Assembly: GCA_027036135.1 (NCBI GenBank)
Contig: JALVSY010000007.1
Span: 36,880 to 100,879 of the forward strand
Length of the DNA: 64,000 nucleotides
Direction of reading: 5' to 3'
Origin: Pyrodictiaceae archaeon
Lineage (GTDB): Archaea; Thermoproteota; Thermoprotei_A; Sulfolobales; Pyrodictiaceae
Part shown: positions 38,966-48,603 of the stretch, one piece after another
How positions within the stretch are numbered: the first letter of the stretch is position 1
How the letters are laid out: each line of letters opens with the position of its first letter
Program-made: the position numbers and the translations under genes
The notes under the pieces: model-generated
The model's input: the letters and a program-made list of their open reading frames with translations, nothing else
What the model was told of the DNA's origin: nothing
The model's database searches: none

Positions 38966-40267
38966 TTACGGGTATAGGCGGTCGCGGAACCTTGGGAACG
39001 GTATTGTGTCCCTTATGTGGTCCGCGCCGGTTATCCACATGAGGTACCTCTCTACTCCTAGCCCGAAGCCGCTGTGGGGCACGCTGCCGTAGCGCCGGAG
39101 GTCTAGGTACCACTCGTAGTCCCTTGGGTCTAGGCCGTGCATCTTTATGTGCTGTACGAGCTTCTCGTAGTCGTCTTCGCGCTCGCTCCCGCCGACGATC
39201 TCGCCTACGCCTGGTACTAGTAGGTCGAATGCCCTTGCGCGGTCGGGTCTCTCTGGGTCCTCCTTCATGTAGAACGCCTTGATCTTTAATGGGAAGAATG
39301 TTATGAAGAACGGTGTATCGTAGTCTTCTCCTAGGGCTCGTTCCTCGTCTGCGCCGAAGTCGTCCCCGAAGGCTACGTCGAAGCCCTTTTTCTGCAGCCT
39401 AGCGATTGCCTCGTCGTAGTCTAGCCTGGGGTACGGCGTCTTGGTTGCTGGCTCTAGTCTCTCTGGTTTCTGTCTTAGCTGCTCGAGCTCCTCGAGCCTC
39501 TCGTCCAGTATCTTCTTGGTAGCGTAGGCTACTAGTTCCTCAACGGTCCTCATCTCGTCCTCCATCCGTGCCCAGGCCTCCTCTGCCTCGAGGTGCCAGT
39601 ACTCGTAGAGGTGCCTCCTCGTCCTGCTACGCTCCGCCCTGAAGCTAGGCGTGAGGCTCCATACCTTCTCTAGGCCATAGATGAGGGCCTCTAGGTATAG
39701 CTGGGCGCTCTGGCTGAGATAAGCGGTGTCGCCGAAGAAGTCTACCTTGAAGAGCGTTGCACCGCCCTCGACCGCCGCCTGTGTCAGTATGGGTGGGCTT
39801 ACCTCCCAGAACCCGTGCTTCTCGAAGTACTCCCGGAAGGCCTGGAGGGCTGTGTGCCTTATCCTCCATATTAGTGTGAGCTTCCTGCTCCGGATCCATA
39901 GGTGGCGGTTGTCGAGGAGATAGTCTATTCCCTCGCCGCCCTTTATCGGGAAATCATGGGACTCTCCCACGACTCTTAGCTTGTCCAATCTTAGCTCGAC
40001 GCCGCCGGGTGCACGGGGATCCCTAGCGACTACTCCCTCGGCCTCAATGCTAGCCTCTATATCTGCTCTCCTAGCTTCCTCCAATACTTCTCTCGGCGAG
40101 TGCTCCTCGGAGGCTACTAGTTGGAGAATACCCTCGGGGTCACGGAGGACTATGAACACCTTGCTACCGAGGTCGCGGTAGCGGTAAACCCAGCCCCTTA
40201 CCCTTGCCCGCTGACCAGGCTCGAGGCCAAGAACCTCGCGGGTATAGAGGTAACCGTCGCGTGGCAT
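38966..40267 (-). CDS. asnS: asparagine--tRNA ligase
   Basis: OB fold RVRGWV; YLSQSAQLYLE; SFRAERSRTRRHL; EIVGGSERE; PHSGFGLGVER. Confidence 0.92.
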   Translation of the reverse strand: MPRDGYLYTREVLGLEPGQRARVRGWVYRYRDLGSKVFIVLRDPEGILQLVASEEHSPREVLEEARRADIEASIEAEGVVARDPRAPGGVELRLDKLRVVGESHDFPIKGGEGIDYLLDNRHLWIRSRKLTLIWRIRHTALQAFREYFEKHGFWEVSPPILTQAAVEGGATLFKVDFFGDTAYLSQSAQLYLEALIYGLEKVWSLTPSFRAERSRTRRHLYEYWHLEAEEAWARMEDEMRTVEELVAYATKKILDERLEELEQLRQKPERLEPATKTPYPRLDYDEAIARLQKKGFDVAFGDDFGADEERALGEDYDTPFFITFFPLKIKAFYMKEDPERPDRARAFDLLVPGVGEIVGGSEREDDYEKLVQHIKMHGLDPRDYEWYLDLRRYGSVPHSGFGLGVERYLMWITGADHIRDTIPFPRFRDRLYP

Positions 40268-40491
40268 TAGAGAATCCTCCCCGGAGAGCTTCGTACCATT
40301 CCGGCTCCTATGTCTCCTAGCCAGCTTGGCTCCTCTTATATAGGGTTATGGGCTCGGCGGGAATAACCGCTTCATCACATAGCTCAGCTGCCTGACGCTC
40401 TTCACGGCCCTGGGTAGTATCTCCGCGGCCCGCTCCAGTATATCGGTCTCCCACAGACATCCTCCACGTTCATCGTGCCGTCCTCTATTCC

Positions 40492-40791
40492 TCATCGTAG
40501 CTCCTCGAGGTACGTTATCCAGGGCTTTGCCTGCATATAGGCTATGAGGGGGAAGAGTAGCGCGAACCCTATGAACACGAGGAGGAAGACGGCGAAGACG
40601 CCGCCGAACGGCCCCGTTACGGGGAACGAGGCAGCGATAGCAACACCCATGAGGGCTATGATGAGCGCTATTCCCGCGCTGAGATAGATGCTCCTCTTCG
40701 CCGAGCTAATAGCGGCGTTGAGTGCAGCGATAGCCGCCTCGCGGTCACATGGAAGCGTTACCACGAAGCCCCCGGGGAACCACCAGGACAA
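40492..40791 (-). CDS. small two-TM membrane protein, possible premature stop
   Basis: Hydrophobic ORF; the frame continues GIEDGTMNVEDVCG past the TGA. Confidence 0.5.
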   Translation of the reverse strand: MSWWFPGGFVVTLPCDREAAIAALNAAISSAKRSIYLSAGIALIIALMGVAIAASFPVTGPFGGVFAVFLLVFIGFALLFPLIAYMQAKPWITYLEELR

Positions 40792-40978
40792 GGCTCAGCA
40801 GCTCCTCCTAGTGGACACGCGTAGAGGGCACGAGGCTAGCTATATGTCCTAGCCCTCTAGTAGCCAAGGTGCTTGATTCCATCAGTATCTATGTCCCCGG
40901 GTTCGCTTTGTGGACACGTGATGAGGCGTAGGGTATAAGTGTCCCACTTTTCGCCCCGTAGAGACTCGTAGGAGAGCC

Positions 40979-41335
40979 ATGCAGAGCCGCGATATATCCC
41001 GAGGCACGGGGGTCGTGGAGTTCTATACCCCGGGTAGGTACCCCGTTTCAGCTGCTAGGGCGCTGAGCATAGGAGCAGAGCTAGTGGACTCCATAGGGTT
41101 GCGCCACGAGTTGAGAGAGGTAACAATTGCCCCGGCTTGGTGGAGGAGGATATGCAGCTACACGAGGTACACCCGGTGCGCAGAGAAAGAGACAGGTAAC
41201 GGGCTACGGGTACTCGTAATAGTTGATTCCCATAGCGCTCTCCCGCCGCGTAGTGGAGCCGACCTCGTCTACCAAGTGGATACGAGGCGTGGCACCGTTC
41301 TACGCGTGGATAGTCTCAGGGCGCCGTGGCTCTGA
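40979..41335 (+). CDS. hypothetical protein
   Basis: 118-aa ORF with GGAG RBS before the ATG. Confidence 0.5.
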   Translation: MQSRDISRGTGVVEFYTPGRYPVSAARALSIGAELVDSIGLRHELREVTIAPAWWRRICSYTRYTRCAEKETGNGLRVLVIVDSHSALPPRSGADLVYQVDTRRGTVLRVDSLRAPWL

Positions 41336-42032
41336 ACCCCCGTTTCTCTAGGCACTCTATCAGCGCCTTGGCTACGTGGTCGTAGTACCCGTTGGGGCCG
41401 AGCACGTAGCGGAAGAGCCTAGCTCCTCCGCCACGATAGATGCTCCTAACCTTGTCCCCGAGATCTATCGGCGATGGATACTGGTTCTCGGCGGCAAAGA
41501 CCTCGGATGGCTGCCGCGGCCTAGGCTCCGGGGACTCAGCTGGCCTCCCCACAGCGAGGCCCACGAGGGGAACCACGTGCAGGGGTAGGCCAAGCAAATC
41601 AGCTACCCTGCATGGATCAGCGTAGAGAGCGACGAAGACGATACCGTATCCCAGCTCCTCGGCTGCGAGAGCAGCCCAGCCCGAGGCTATCCCGACATCT
41701 ATAGCGGCTACGACGAAGTGCCCCAGCCCGGGCTGCGCGACGCTGACCCCTGCTCGGCGAGAAGCCTCCAAGAGCTTATGGTAATCAGCGCTGAAGACGA
41801 GGAAGACTGGTGCCTCTGCGACGTGCTCCTGGCCCCCCGTTATCTCGGCGAGGCTCCTCCGGAGCCCCTTATCCGTGACAGCTATCACGGTCACGGGCTG
41901 GAGATTCCACGAGCTAGGAGCCCTCCTAGCAGCCTCAAGTATCCTCTCCAAGTCCTCTCGGGGCACTGGCTCGTCTCTGAACTTCCTAATACTAACGTGC
42001 CTCGATATGGTCTCGAGACAGCTAGGCGACAA
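41316..42032 (-). CDS. nitroreductase (NfsA/Frp-like)
   Basis: HVSIRKF, RAPSSWNLQP, FSADY, AAEELGYG, PRPR. Confidence 0.88.
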   Translation of the reverse strand: MSPSCLETISRHVSIRKFRDEPVPREDLERILEAARRAPSSWNLQPVTVIAVTDKGLRRSLAEITGGQEHVAEAPVFLVFSADYHKLLEASRRAGVSVAQPGLGHFVVAAIDVGIASGWAALAAEELGYGIVFVALYADPCRVADLLGLPLHVVPLVGLAVGRPAESPEPRPRQPSEVFAAENQYPSPIDLGDKVRSIYRGGGARLFRYVLGPNGYYDHVAKALIECLEKRGFRATAP

Positions 42033-42117
42033 GGCAAACCATCCCTGGAATTGCTAGGGAGCCGGGAACTTTATACATCAGCCCCATGAAGCACCGTGAA
42101 TAAAGCAACCAGGAGGG

Positions 42118-42179
42118 TCAGCATCCCCGCTCAGCTCACAGCCCACTAGAGAGGGCTCGCCCCTTCTAAGCCTCATCAC
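42118..42179 (-). ncRNA. C/D-box guide sRNA candidate
   Basis: Minus strand: C box GTGATGA, guide GGCTTAGAAGGG, D' GCGA, small GCCC/GGGC hairpin, C' TGTGA, guide, D box CTGA; 62 nt, intergenic. Confidence 0.55.
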
Positions 42180-42316
42180 CATTACTATTCGATTTACCCC
42201 CGACCTAGTTCCCCAGAGTATCCCCGTCTAGTCCTTATAGTTGCGCCTACTCTCTAGATACTGTAGATACTGGGCCCTGGGATAGGACTGCAGAGTATCC
42301 ATCCGGGTTCACAGCT

Positions 42317-43402
42317 ATGATCGTATTCCGGGACACTGGTTATCGTACCGGGCTTGGGCTGAGCTTCTATAACCGGCTCCAGGACCTTGAGTGCCTAGAG
42401 AGCTTCCTGCGGGCTGCGAGGACGCTGATAATCTATGGGCCCCGGGGTGTCGGTAAGAGCGAGCTCACCCGGTACTATTTGTTGAGGAGGGCTCCCCGGC
42501 TCAGCGGTGTTCTTATTGATGTGCGTAGGCGTGCTGCTGAGCGCCTCGGAGTCCATGGCTCCCTAGGCGACGTGGCCAGGGTCTTGGACGATATTGTCTT
42601 CTGCGCCCTTGGCACTGGTAGCCTTGTCAGGCTCGTGGAGAGCATTTCCCATGCTCTACGGGGACTTCAGGGAGGCCTCGTGGTTATTGATGAGTTCCAC
42701 TTGCTCTACCGGGACAGGGAGGAGGCTGTTGCTGAGCTTGAGCGCGTAGCCGGGTACCTGGCCAAGACACTGCATGGTCCACGCCTAGTCCTTACTGTGA
42801 GCGAGGGCTTCGTGGCAACCAGTAGGGCTAGGAGGAGACTGATAGGGTACTCGGCGAGGTATATGCTTCTCGAGGGACTCGGCAAGGAGAGCATGGAGGC
42901 GCTCTACAACGAGTACCGGGAGCGCTATGGCTGCGGCATAGGCTTCCAGGAGTATTGGGGAGTATTCGGCGGCGCCCCGGGCTACCTCGTTGAGGCATGC
43001 CCCTTGTCCCGCGAAGAACTCCTAGGAGAGTACATCCCGGGCATCCTCCGCGACACAGTGGACGAGGCAGTAGCGAGGCTTTCGGAAGAGCTGTCCAGGG
43101 AGCCCCGCGAAGTACTGGGTCTTGTTGCGAAGCTACTAGAGGAGCAAGGTGGTGAACCCATCTTTGTCCAGAACCCTGTACTCCACAGAGTCGCCGAGCA
43201 ATTGGTGGAGTACAATGTGCTCTATCCGTGCAGGGAGGGGGCAGTGGAGAGGTATCTCCCCCCGCTACCCGTCTACGGCGCTGCCATAGTCCTCGCTGCC
43301 CAGGGCGGCTACAGCGCCGCCTCCCTAGTACCGCCAAGCGTCTTAGAGAAAACAGTGGTGGAGAACGAGTGGAGCAATGCCAGGTGCCTAGCCCCGGGAT
43401 AG
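42317..43402 (+). CDS. archaeal ATPase (ATPase_2/AAA-type)
   Basis: FYNR..DLE, YGPRGVGKS, VVIDEFH, SEG, GGAPGYL. Confidence 0.82.
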   Translation: MIVFRDTGYRTGLGLSFYNRLQDLECLESFLRAARTLIIYGPRGVGKSELTRYYLLRRAPRLSGVLIDVRRRAAERLGVHGSLGDVARVLDDIVFCALGTGSLVRLVESISHALRGLQGGLVVIDEFHLLYRDREEAVAELERVAGYLAKTLHGPRLVLTVSEGFVATSRARRRLIGYSARYMLLEGLGKESMEALYNEYRERYGCGIGFQEYWGVFGGAPGYLVEACPLSREELLGEYIPGILRDTVDEAVARLSEELSREPREVLGLVAKLLEEQGGEPIFVQNPVLHRVAEQLVEYNVLYPCREGAVERYLPPLPVYGAAIVLAAQGGYSAASLVPPSVLEKTVVENEWSNARCLAPG

Positions 43403-45289
43403 TCTCCTCTCCACCTCTCTCAGTGCTCTCTGCGCCTCCTCGGCTGCGAAGCCTAGGCCTAGCTTCTCAAGGGTCTCTGGCAGTGGTACGCCGTACTCTT
43501 CGTGGTAGCCCCTGGCCCGGTAGAACTCTCTTATTGCTTCGCGTAGGTCCTCCCAGCTAAGGGCTGCTTTCTCGCCCCTCAATGGGCCCTCGGGGATTGG
43601 CTCCATCCATCTCTTCGGGACAGTGTCTCCCTCGGGTACTCTCCCGGCTAGCGCAGCGTGTATCCTCGCTAGGGCCTCTGTGCGCCACCCTACGAGGCGT
43701 AGCTCCTCTATGCTCTTCTCCAGCCCCGTGACGGCCTTGTACATCCTAGTTATCTCCTCGTCCTCGTACGGCACGAAGGCACAGAGCCCTAGGCTGTCTA
43801 GGAGCGCCTTGTGGTCGCGGTCCTCTAGGAAGCTCCTAACCATCTCCTTTGCTGGTCCCTTGCTTGGCCTCTCGTGCGGCCTCGGCCAGCCGCGTAGGTG
43901 GCTAGCACCAACGTCAGCGGTGGCATAGCTTACTGCGAAGCCCCTGCGCCCACGGGGATCCCACGCAGCCGATTCCAGGCCCTTGACGTGGACCGCTCTG
44001 TCTCCTCCGCGGCCAAGTATCTTAGCGGCCTTCTCCACGCCCTCCGCCAATACCGCGCCTATGCCTCTCCTCTCGGCTATTAGCCTGGCTAGCTGCTTGA
44101 CTGCCTCGGCTTCACCGAACCGGGGCTCCACTGTGAGCCCGTCTAGCTCCTCTCTACTGAGCAGGCCGTCCTCATAGAGCTCCATTAGCCATGAAACTGT
44201 CTCGCCGAAGCTGATACTATCCATCCCGAGCCTGTTCACAAGCCACTCTATGTAGATGACCTCGTCGGGGTCCAGGACGCCCGTAGCGACGCCGAGCATT
44301 GCTAGGTTCTCGTACTCCGGCTTCACCACTATGTGCTCGTAGCCCTCCCGGCGGGGCGAGACAAGCTTACTACACTTAACTGGGCAGCCCCATCCCCACA
44401 GGTAGCCAGCATAGGGCTTGTACCCTGCCCTGCCCAGCTCCCTCGCCAATACCTCGTCGCCGCCGAGCCTTTTGGCCTCGTCCTCTGGCAGCCATGGCCT
44501 CTTCCAGTGCCAGCCAGGGCACATGCTGAGCCGGCTACACACCGAGACACCGTCATTGGTGCCGTACCTTGCCCAGGCCCTGGTAGGCTCATCCCTCTCT
44601 ATGCGGCGATAAATCGCTAGGTAGGCCTCGCGCCACTCCTCTACACTAGCCCGGCTCGGAGGCCTCCTACCCCACACAGCTATTGCCTTAAGCTTCTTAG
44701 CGCCCATTACCGCTCCTAGGCCGCAGCGACCAGCAGCGCGGAAACCATCAACAATGATGTTGGCGAAGCGCACAAGCCTCTCCCCAGCAGGCCCAATGGC
44801 AGCAACACTGGCACCGCTCCTCGTCTCCCTCCGAACCCCTATCACTGTGTCCCACGTACTGGAGCCCCATAGGTGCTTGGCCCCGCGTATCTCCACCCGT
44901 CCATCCTCGAGGTAGAGGTAGATGGGCTCATCACTAGCCCCCGTGACTATTAGCGCGTCGAAACCAGCCATCTTCATCTTCGAGCCAAAGACCTGGCCAG
45001 CATAGGTGTCACACAGAATATTGGTCAAGGGACTCTTAGCCAAGAACCCTATCTTGGATGCACCGGGAGCGTGAGCTGCTAGCGCCCCAGGGGCAACGAT
45101 CAACACATTCTCCTCGGGGTCTAGTGGGTCAATGCTCGGAGGTATCAGGCTGAACCCATAGTAGTAGAGGAACCCTTTCCCGCCAACGAATAGTTCAACT
45201 AGCTCCCTGCTAAGCTCCTCGATCCTTACCTTGCCGCTTGAGAGATCCACGATGGCTACTCGGCCAGCGTATCCAGGAACAGGCGCCAA
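43388..45289 (-). CDS. aor: tungsten aldehyde:ferredoxin oxidoreductase family protein
   Basis: KSPLT, IGPAGE, AAGRCGLGAVMGAKKLKA, PEYE, GMDSIS, VKGLE...DPR, DSLGLC. Confidence 0.92.
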   Translation of the reverse strand: MAPVPGYAGRVAIVDLSSGKVRIEELSRELVELFVGGKGFLYYYGFSLIPPSIDPLDPEENVLIVAPGALAAHAPGASKIGFLAKSPLTNILCDTYAGQVFGSKMKMAGFDALIVTGASDEPIYLYLEDGRVEIRGAKHLWGSSTWDTVIGVRRETRSGASVAAIGPAGERLVRFANIIVDGFRAAGRCGLGAVMGAKKLKAIAVWGRRPPSRASVEEWREAYLAIYRRIERDEPTRAWARYGTNDGVSVCSRLSMCPGWHWKRPWLPEDEAKRLGGDEVLARELGRAGYKPYAGYLWGWGCPVKCSKLVSPRREGYEHIVVKPEYENLAMLGVATGVLDPDEVIYIEWLVNRLGMDSISFGETVSWLMELYEDGLLSREELDGLTVEPRFGEAEAVKQLARLIAERRGIGAVLAEGVEKAAKILGRGGDRAVHVKGLESAAWDPRGRRGFAVSYATADVGASHLRGWPRPHERPSKGPAKEMVRSFLEDRDHKALLDSLGLCAFVPYEDEEITRMYKAVTGLEKSIEELRLVGWRTEALARIHAALAGRVPEGDTVPKRWMEPIPEGPLRGEKAALSWEDLREAIREFYRARGYHEEYGVPLPETLEKLGLGFAAEEAQRALREVERRLSRG

Positions 45290-45496
45290 GCCCTTATCCC
45301 CACAGTATTAGCTACGGGCGGGGAATAGTTAACCACTGCTTCGTGGACACTGATGCCGCCTCGTTGAGACACGGCCCGGGGTCTCCTAAGTGGCGGGCTA
45401 AAGGCTTTTTGCAACAATTTCTTAACCAAATATGTTATTAATTCGGCGTCTTTCTCATCTTATCATAGTAAAGAATCGTTGGAGGGCTGGCCAAGC

Positions 45497-46088
45497 ATGG
45501 CCGGGAAGGAGCCAGGGTTCATGAAGGGTGCTAGCTGGGTAAAAGTGTATCATGCCTACTTCCAGTCAATGGTCGTGGAGGGGCTCACGCAGCTAGCCTA
45601 TGACGCGATGGGCCCCGATACGGGGGTTCGCGGCGGTTGCCCGGATAATCGAGAAAGGCGCAATGAAGGGCTTCGGCGCATTGCTCGAGGAGGCCAAGAA
45701 GGCTGGCATAGAGCTACAGGGTATCGGGCTCCGGGAGCTACTAGAGTACGAGGTGGCTTGCCACCGCAAAGCCATAGAGGAGATGGGTGTTGATTTCCAG
45801 CTCTTCGAGAAAGTAGTCCCATTAGAGAATGGCGAGGGATACGCACTAGAGACTAGGCACTGCAAGTACCACGAGCTAGCTAAGAAGAACCCTACGGTCT
45901 GCGGTGTCTGCGTAGGCATAGTGACGGGTATACTGAAGTGCTTCGGGATACGCGCCCAGTGGGTCTCCCATCCACGCAGGAAGAATCAGCTATGCCTCCG
46001 CGAAGAGAAGCCAGAATACGTTGTCTACAAGGACCCCGATGTCGAGCCCCCCAAGTGTAGGATAGTGGTTGAGAAGCTCAAGTGCTAG
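45497..46088 (+). pseudogene. Cys-rich V4R-like hypothetical protein, frameshifted
   Basis: ATG 45497 frame joins ORF 45600 if one G is removed from G5 (45622-45626); CH...HCKY...CGVC...C. Confidence 0.55.
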
Positions 46089-46124
46089 GCCCTTGTCTTC
46101 CACGAAGAAGGGGCGCCCTGCTTC

Positions 46125-47492
46125 TCACCGGGGACTATTATCTTGTTGCAGGGCATCCTGGTAGGGCTTGAGCACCTTGCCCCACTCAGCCCAGTATCCC
46201 CGGCAATACTCTCTATCAGCTGTGCTAGGTGCTGGCTCCTTTGTGGGCGCGGGGTCTAGTGCTGTTAGGCAGTAAACCCTTGGGGCTAGTTTCTCTTGTT
46301 CCTCCCAGTCGCCTTCTAGGAGCCCCGTGCCTAGTAGCCGTCTTATCGTCTCCCGGTACCTTGGGTGTATTGGCCTAGGCCTTGCCCTGGCGAATGGCGT
46401 GCCAGGCAAGGGTATAAATGCGTGGAGCCTCATCTGCGCCTTCATAGCCGCTAGCTCGTCCATGACCCTTATTGTCTGCTCCACTGCTTCCTCGTCCTCG
46501 CCGGGGAGCCCAAACAATAGGTCAACGACTGGGCGGTAGCCGTAGCGCTTAGCAAGCCTTATAGCCTCCATAGCCTCCTCGACGCTGTGGCCCCGGCCAC
46601 TAATTGCTAGAACCTTATTGCTGCCGGATTGGAGCCCGATGGCTAGGCGCTTATTAGCAGCGTAGCGGCGTAGCACCCTCAGCGTCTCCCTAGTGACGTA
46701 CTCTGGCCGGGTCTCGCTGGGGAATGTACCAAGGTATGGCTTGCCACCAACGCTCCTCACGCCTCTAAGCAGCTCCTCTATTGCCCCGGGGTTGGGCTCG
46801 CCGGGCTTTTCTGAGCCATAGGCTAGGCCTATTGGGGCGATGAACCTTATCCTCTCCTTGCCAGCAGCTACATAGGCCTTGGAGGCCTCCACTACGGAGG
46901 CTACGCCGCGGAACCTGACCCTGGCCTTGAAGAGCCATGGTACTTGGCAGAACCTGCACCGGTAGAAACAACCCCTCATAATCTCTATGGGCGGGTAGAG
47001 GCCGTGCTCCCTGCTAAACGGCTCGTAGTCGTCGAGGCTAACAAGCTCGGCTCGTGTCACGCGGAACAAGTCTCCCTCACGGTAAGCGATATTCGGTACA
47101 TCGCCTAGCTCGCGCTCACCCAAGAAGTGCTCAGCCAACCCGATAACAGCGCTCTCCCCGTCACCAACAACAGCGGCGTAGACGCCGAGGCGGAGAAGCT
47201 GCCAATAAGCACCCTCGGCATGAGGCCCACCAGCAACCACGGGGAACTCCTCCGCGACACGAGCAACCTCCTCCATGAGGCCTAGGAACACCGGGCTACT
47301 AAGACCATAGAGGACAACTACCCGGCGCCCACGCTCCCGGAGCCCACGAGCAACACCAAGGGGGTCACCATCGCTGAACACTAGGCCGACACGGTGGCCG
47401 AGCAACCCAGCACGCTTAAGCGCAGAAGCAATAAAGGCGAAAGCATTACGAGCACCATAAACACTACGAGCAACAAGCACCAAACGCTCCAC
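46125..47492 (-). CDS. B12-binding radical SAM protein (TIGR04013-like)
   Basis: VAGGPHA, GDGE, EIMRGCFYRCRFCQ, GTFPSETRPE, FIPLPGTP. Confidence 0.88.
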   Translation of the reverse strand: MERLVLVARSVYGARNAFAFIASALKRAGLLGHRVGLVFSDGDPLGVARGLRERGRRVVVLYGLSSPVFLGLMEEVARVAEEFPVVAGGPHAEGAYWQLLRLGVYAAVVGDGESAVIGLAEHFLGERELGDVPNIAYREGDLFRVTRAELVSLDDYEPFSREHGLYPPIEIMRGCFYRCRFCQVPWLFKARVRFRGVASVVEASKAYVAAGKERIRFIAPIGLAYGSEKPGEPNPGAIEELLRGVRSVGGKPYLGTFPSETRPEYVTRETLRVLRRYAANKRLAIGLQSGSNKVLAISGRGHSVEEAMEAIRLAKRYGYRPVVDLLFGLPGEDEEAVEQTIRVMDELAAMKAQMRLHAFIPLPGTPFARARPRPIHPRYRETIRRLLGTGLLEGDWEEQEKLAPRVYCLTALDPAPTKEPAPSTADREYCRGYWAEWGKVLKPYQDALQQDNSPR

Positions 47493-47642
47493 GCCACCAA
47501 TCCCTCACAGCTCTAGCCGCTACCTCCTATTAGGCTCCTAGGAGCCCGGCCAAGGAATATAGCCATCGAGCAACCAGGCCAAGCACTTGGCTAACACAAG
47601 GCCTATGGAGTAATGACGTCCGGTATCAAGGCGTCCAAGGGT

Positions 47643-48098
47643 TCACGGAATTACTCTTAGCCATGGTACCCGCTTAAAGTCCTCGTCAAAGGTTAGTACC
47701 GTGTCTATGCCATAGTGTTTACAAGTTAGGACTATCTGGGCATCATTTGGCAATAGCCTATAACTCGTCACTACATTGATGTACTCCTTAAAGTCATAAT
47801 AATCCTCAATAACTTCTACACCTAGGTCTTCTATAAGGCCCTTGATAAGCCCAATAACCTCGGGTGGATAGCCATGCCTTCTTATAGCTTCTCGGAGACT
47901 ATACCTTCCCTTTGCTACTCCCTTTCGCCGATAATACTCAAAGGCTGCGACATAGAGTGCCTCGTTTATTGCTATACCAGAGGTCACAAGCACGTTATCC
48001 CTTAGCGAGGCTAATGCGTCCTCGACAATAGGGTATTTCTCGGTCTCTAAAAGGATGCTCAGCAAGATGCTAGTATCTAGGTAAACAAATCTCTTCAT
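47643..48098 (-). CDS. vapC: VapC/PIN toxin
   Basis: VYLDTSIL, YRLLPNDAQI, TFDEDFKRVPWL. Confidence 0.9.
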   Translation of the reverse strand: MKRFVYLDTSILLSILLETEKYPIVEDALASLRDNVLVTSGIAINEALYVAAFEYYRRKGVAKGRYSLREAIRRHGYPPEVIGLIKGLIEDLGVEVIEDYYDFKEYINVVTSYRLLPNDAQIVLTCKHYGIDTVLTFDEDFKRVPWLRVIP

Positions 48099-48334
48099 TG
48101 TACATGAGCCTCTTCCTCTAAGCGTAGAAGCTCCTCTAGACTAGCTTTCCCGAGAGCACCCTTATACTTGCGGAGTATGGAGCGAACATCCCTCTTGATA
48201 CTAACAAGTACCTCTTCGCCCTCTTCTAGATCCACGTCATCAAGGAGTTTCAGCACACCTTTCTCATAGCGTGCACGAATAACTCTTTGCAAGAGCTCTA
48301 ACCCCTCTACTATGGGTGCTTTTACCGAAACCAA
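48095..48334 (-). CDS. AF2212/DUF104-type antitoxin
   Basis: IRARYEKGVLKLLDDVDLEEGEEV. Confidence 0.82.
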   Translation of the reverse strand: MVSVKAPIVEGLELLQRVIRARYEKGVLKLLDDVDLEEGEEVLVSIKRDVRSILRKYKGALGKASLEELLRLEEEAHVQ

Positions 48335-48603
48335 TAACGTTTACTCTATTGGAATTTCACTAAATAATCGTAACCACAAAATAGAGTCATCAAAGAATAC
48401 TCTAGAGCGTTAACATTACTTGGTTAACATTCTGCTTAGTTAGTCATAATGTTAGGATTTTTCTGCAAGGGAACACCCTGGTTCAATTTACTATTCTCTA
48501 AATTGATTAAAAATTATCTCTAATAAGAATAAAACTGTTGGAAAAGATCAATGAAACAACACCGAGCGTTGGCGCCATCTTATGGTAATGCATGGATTCT
48601 GGT

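Noticed and set aside
42163-42172. GGCTTAGAAG resembles a sense-strand 23S rRNA motif
   Set aside because: Only 10 nt, no flanking rRNA similarity, and better explained as a C/D guide
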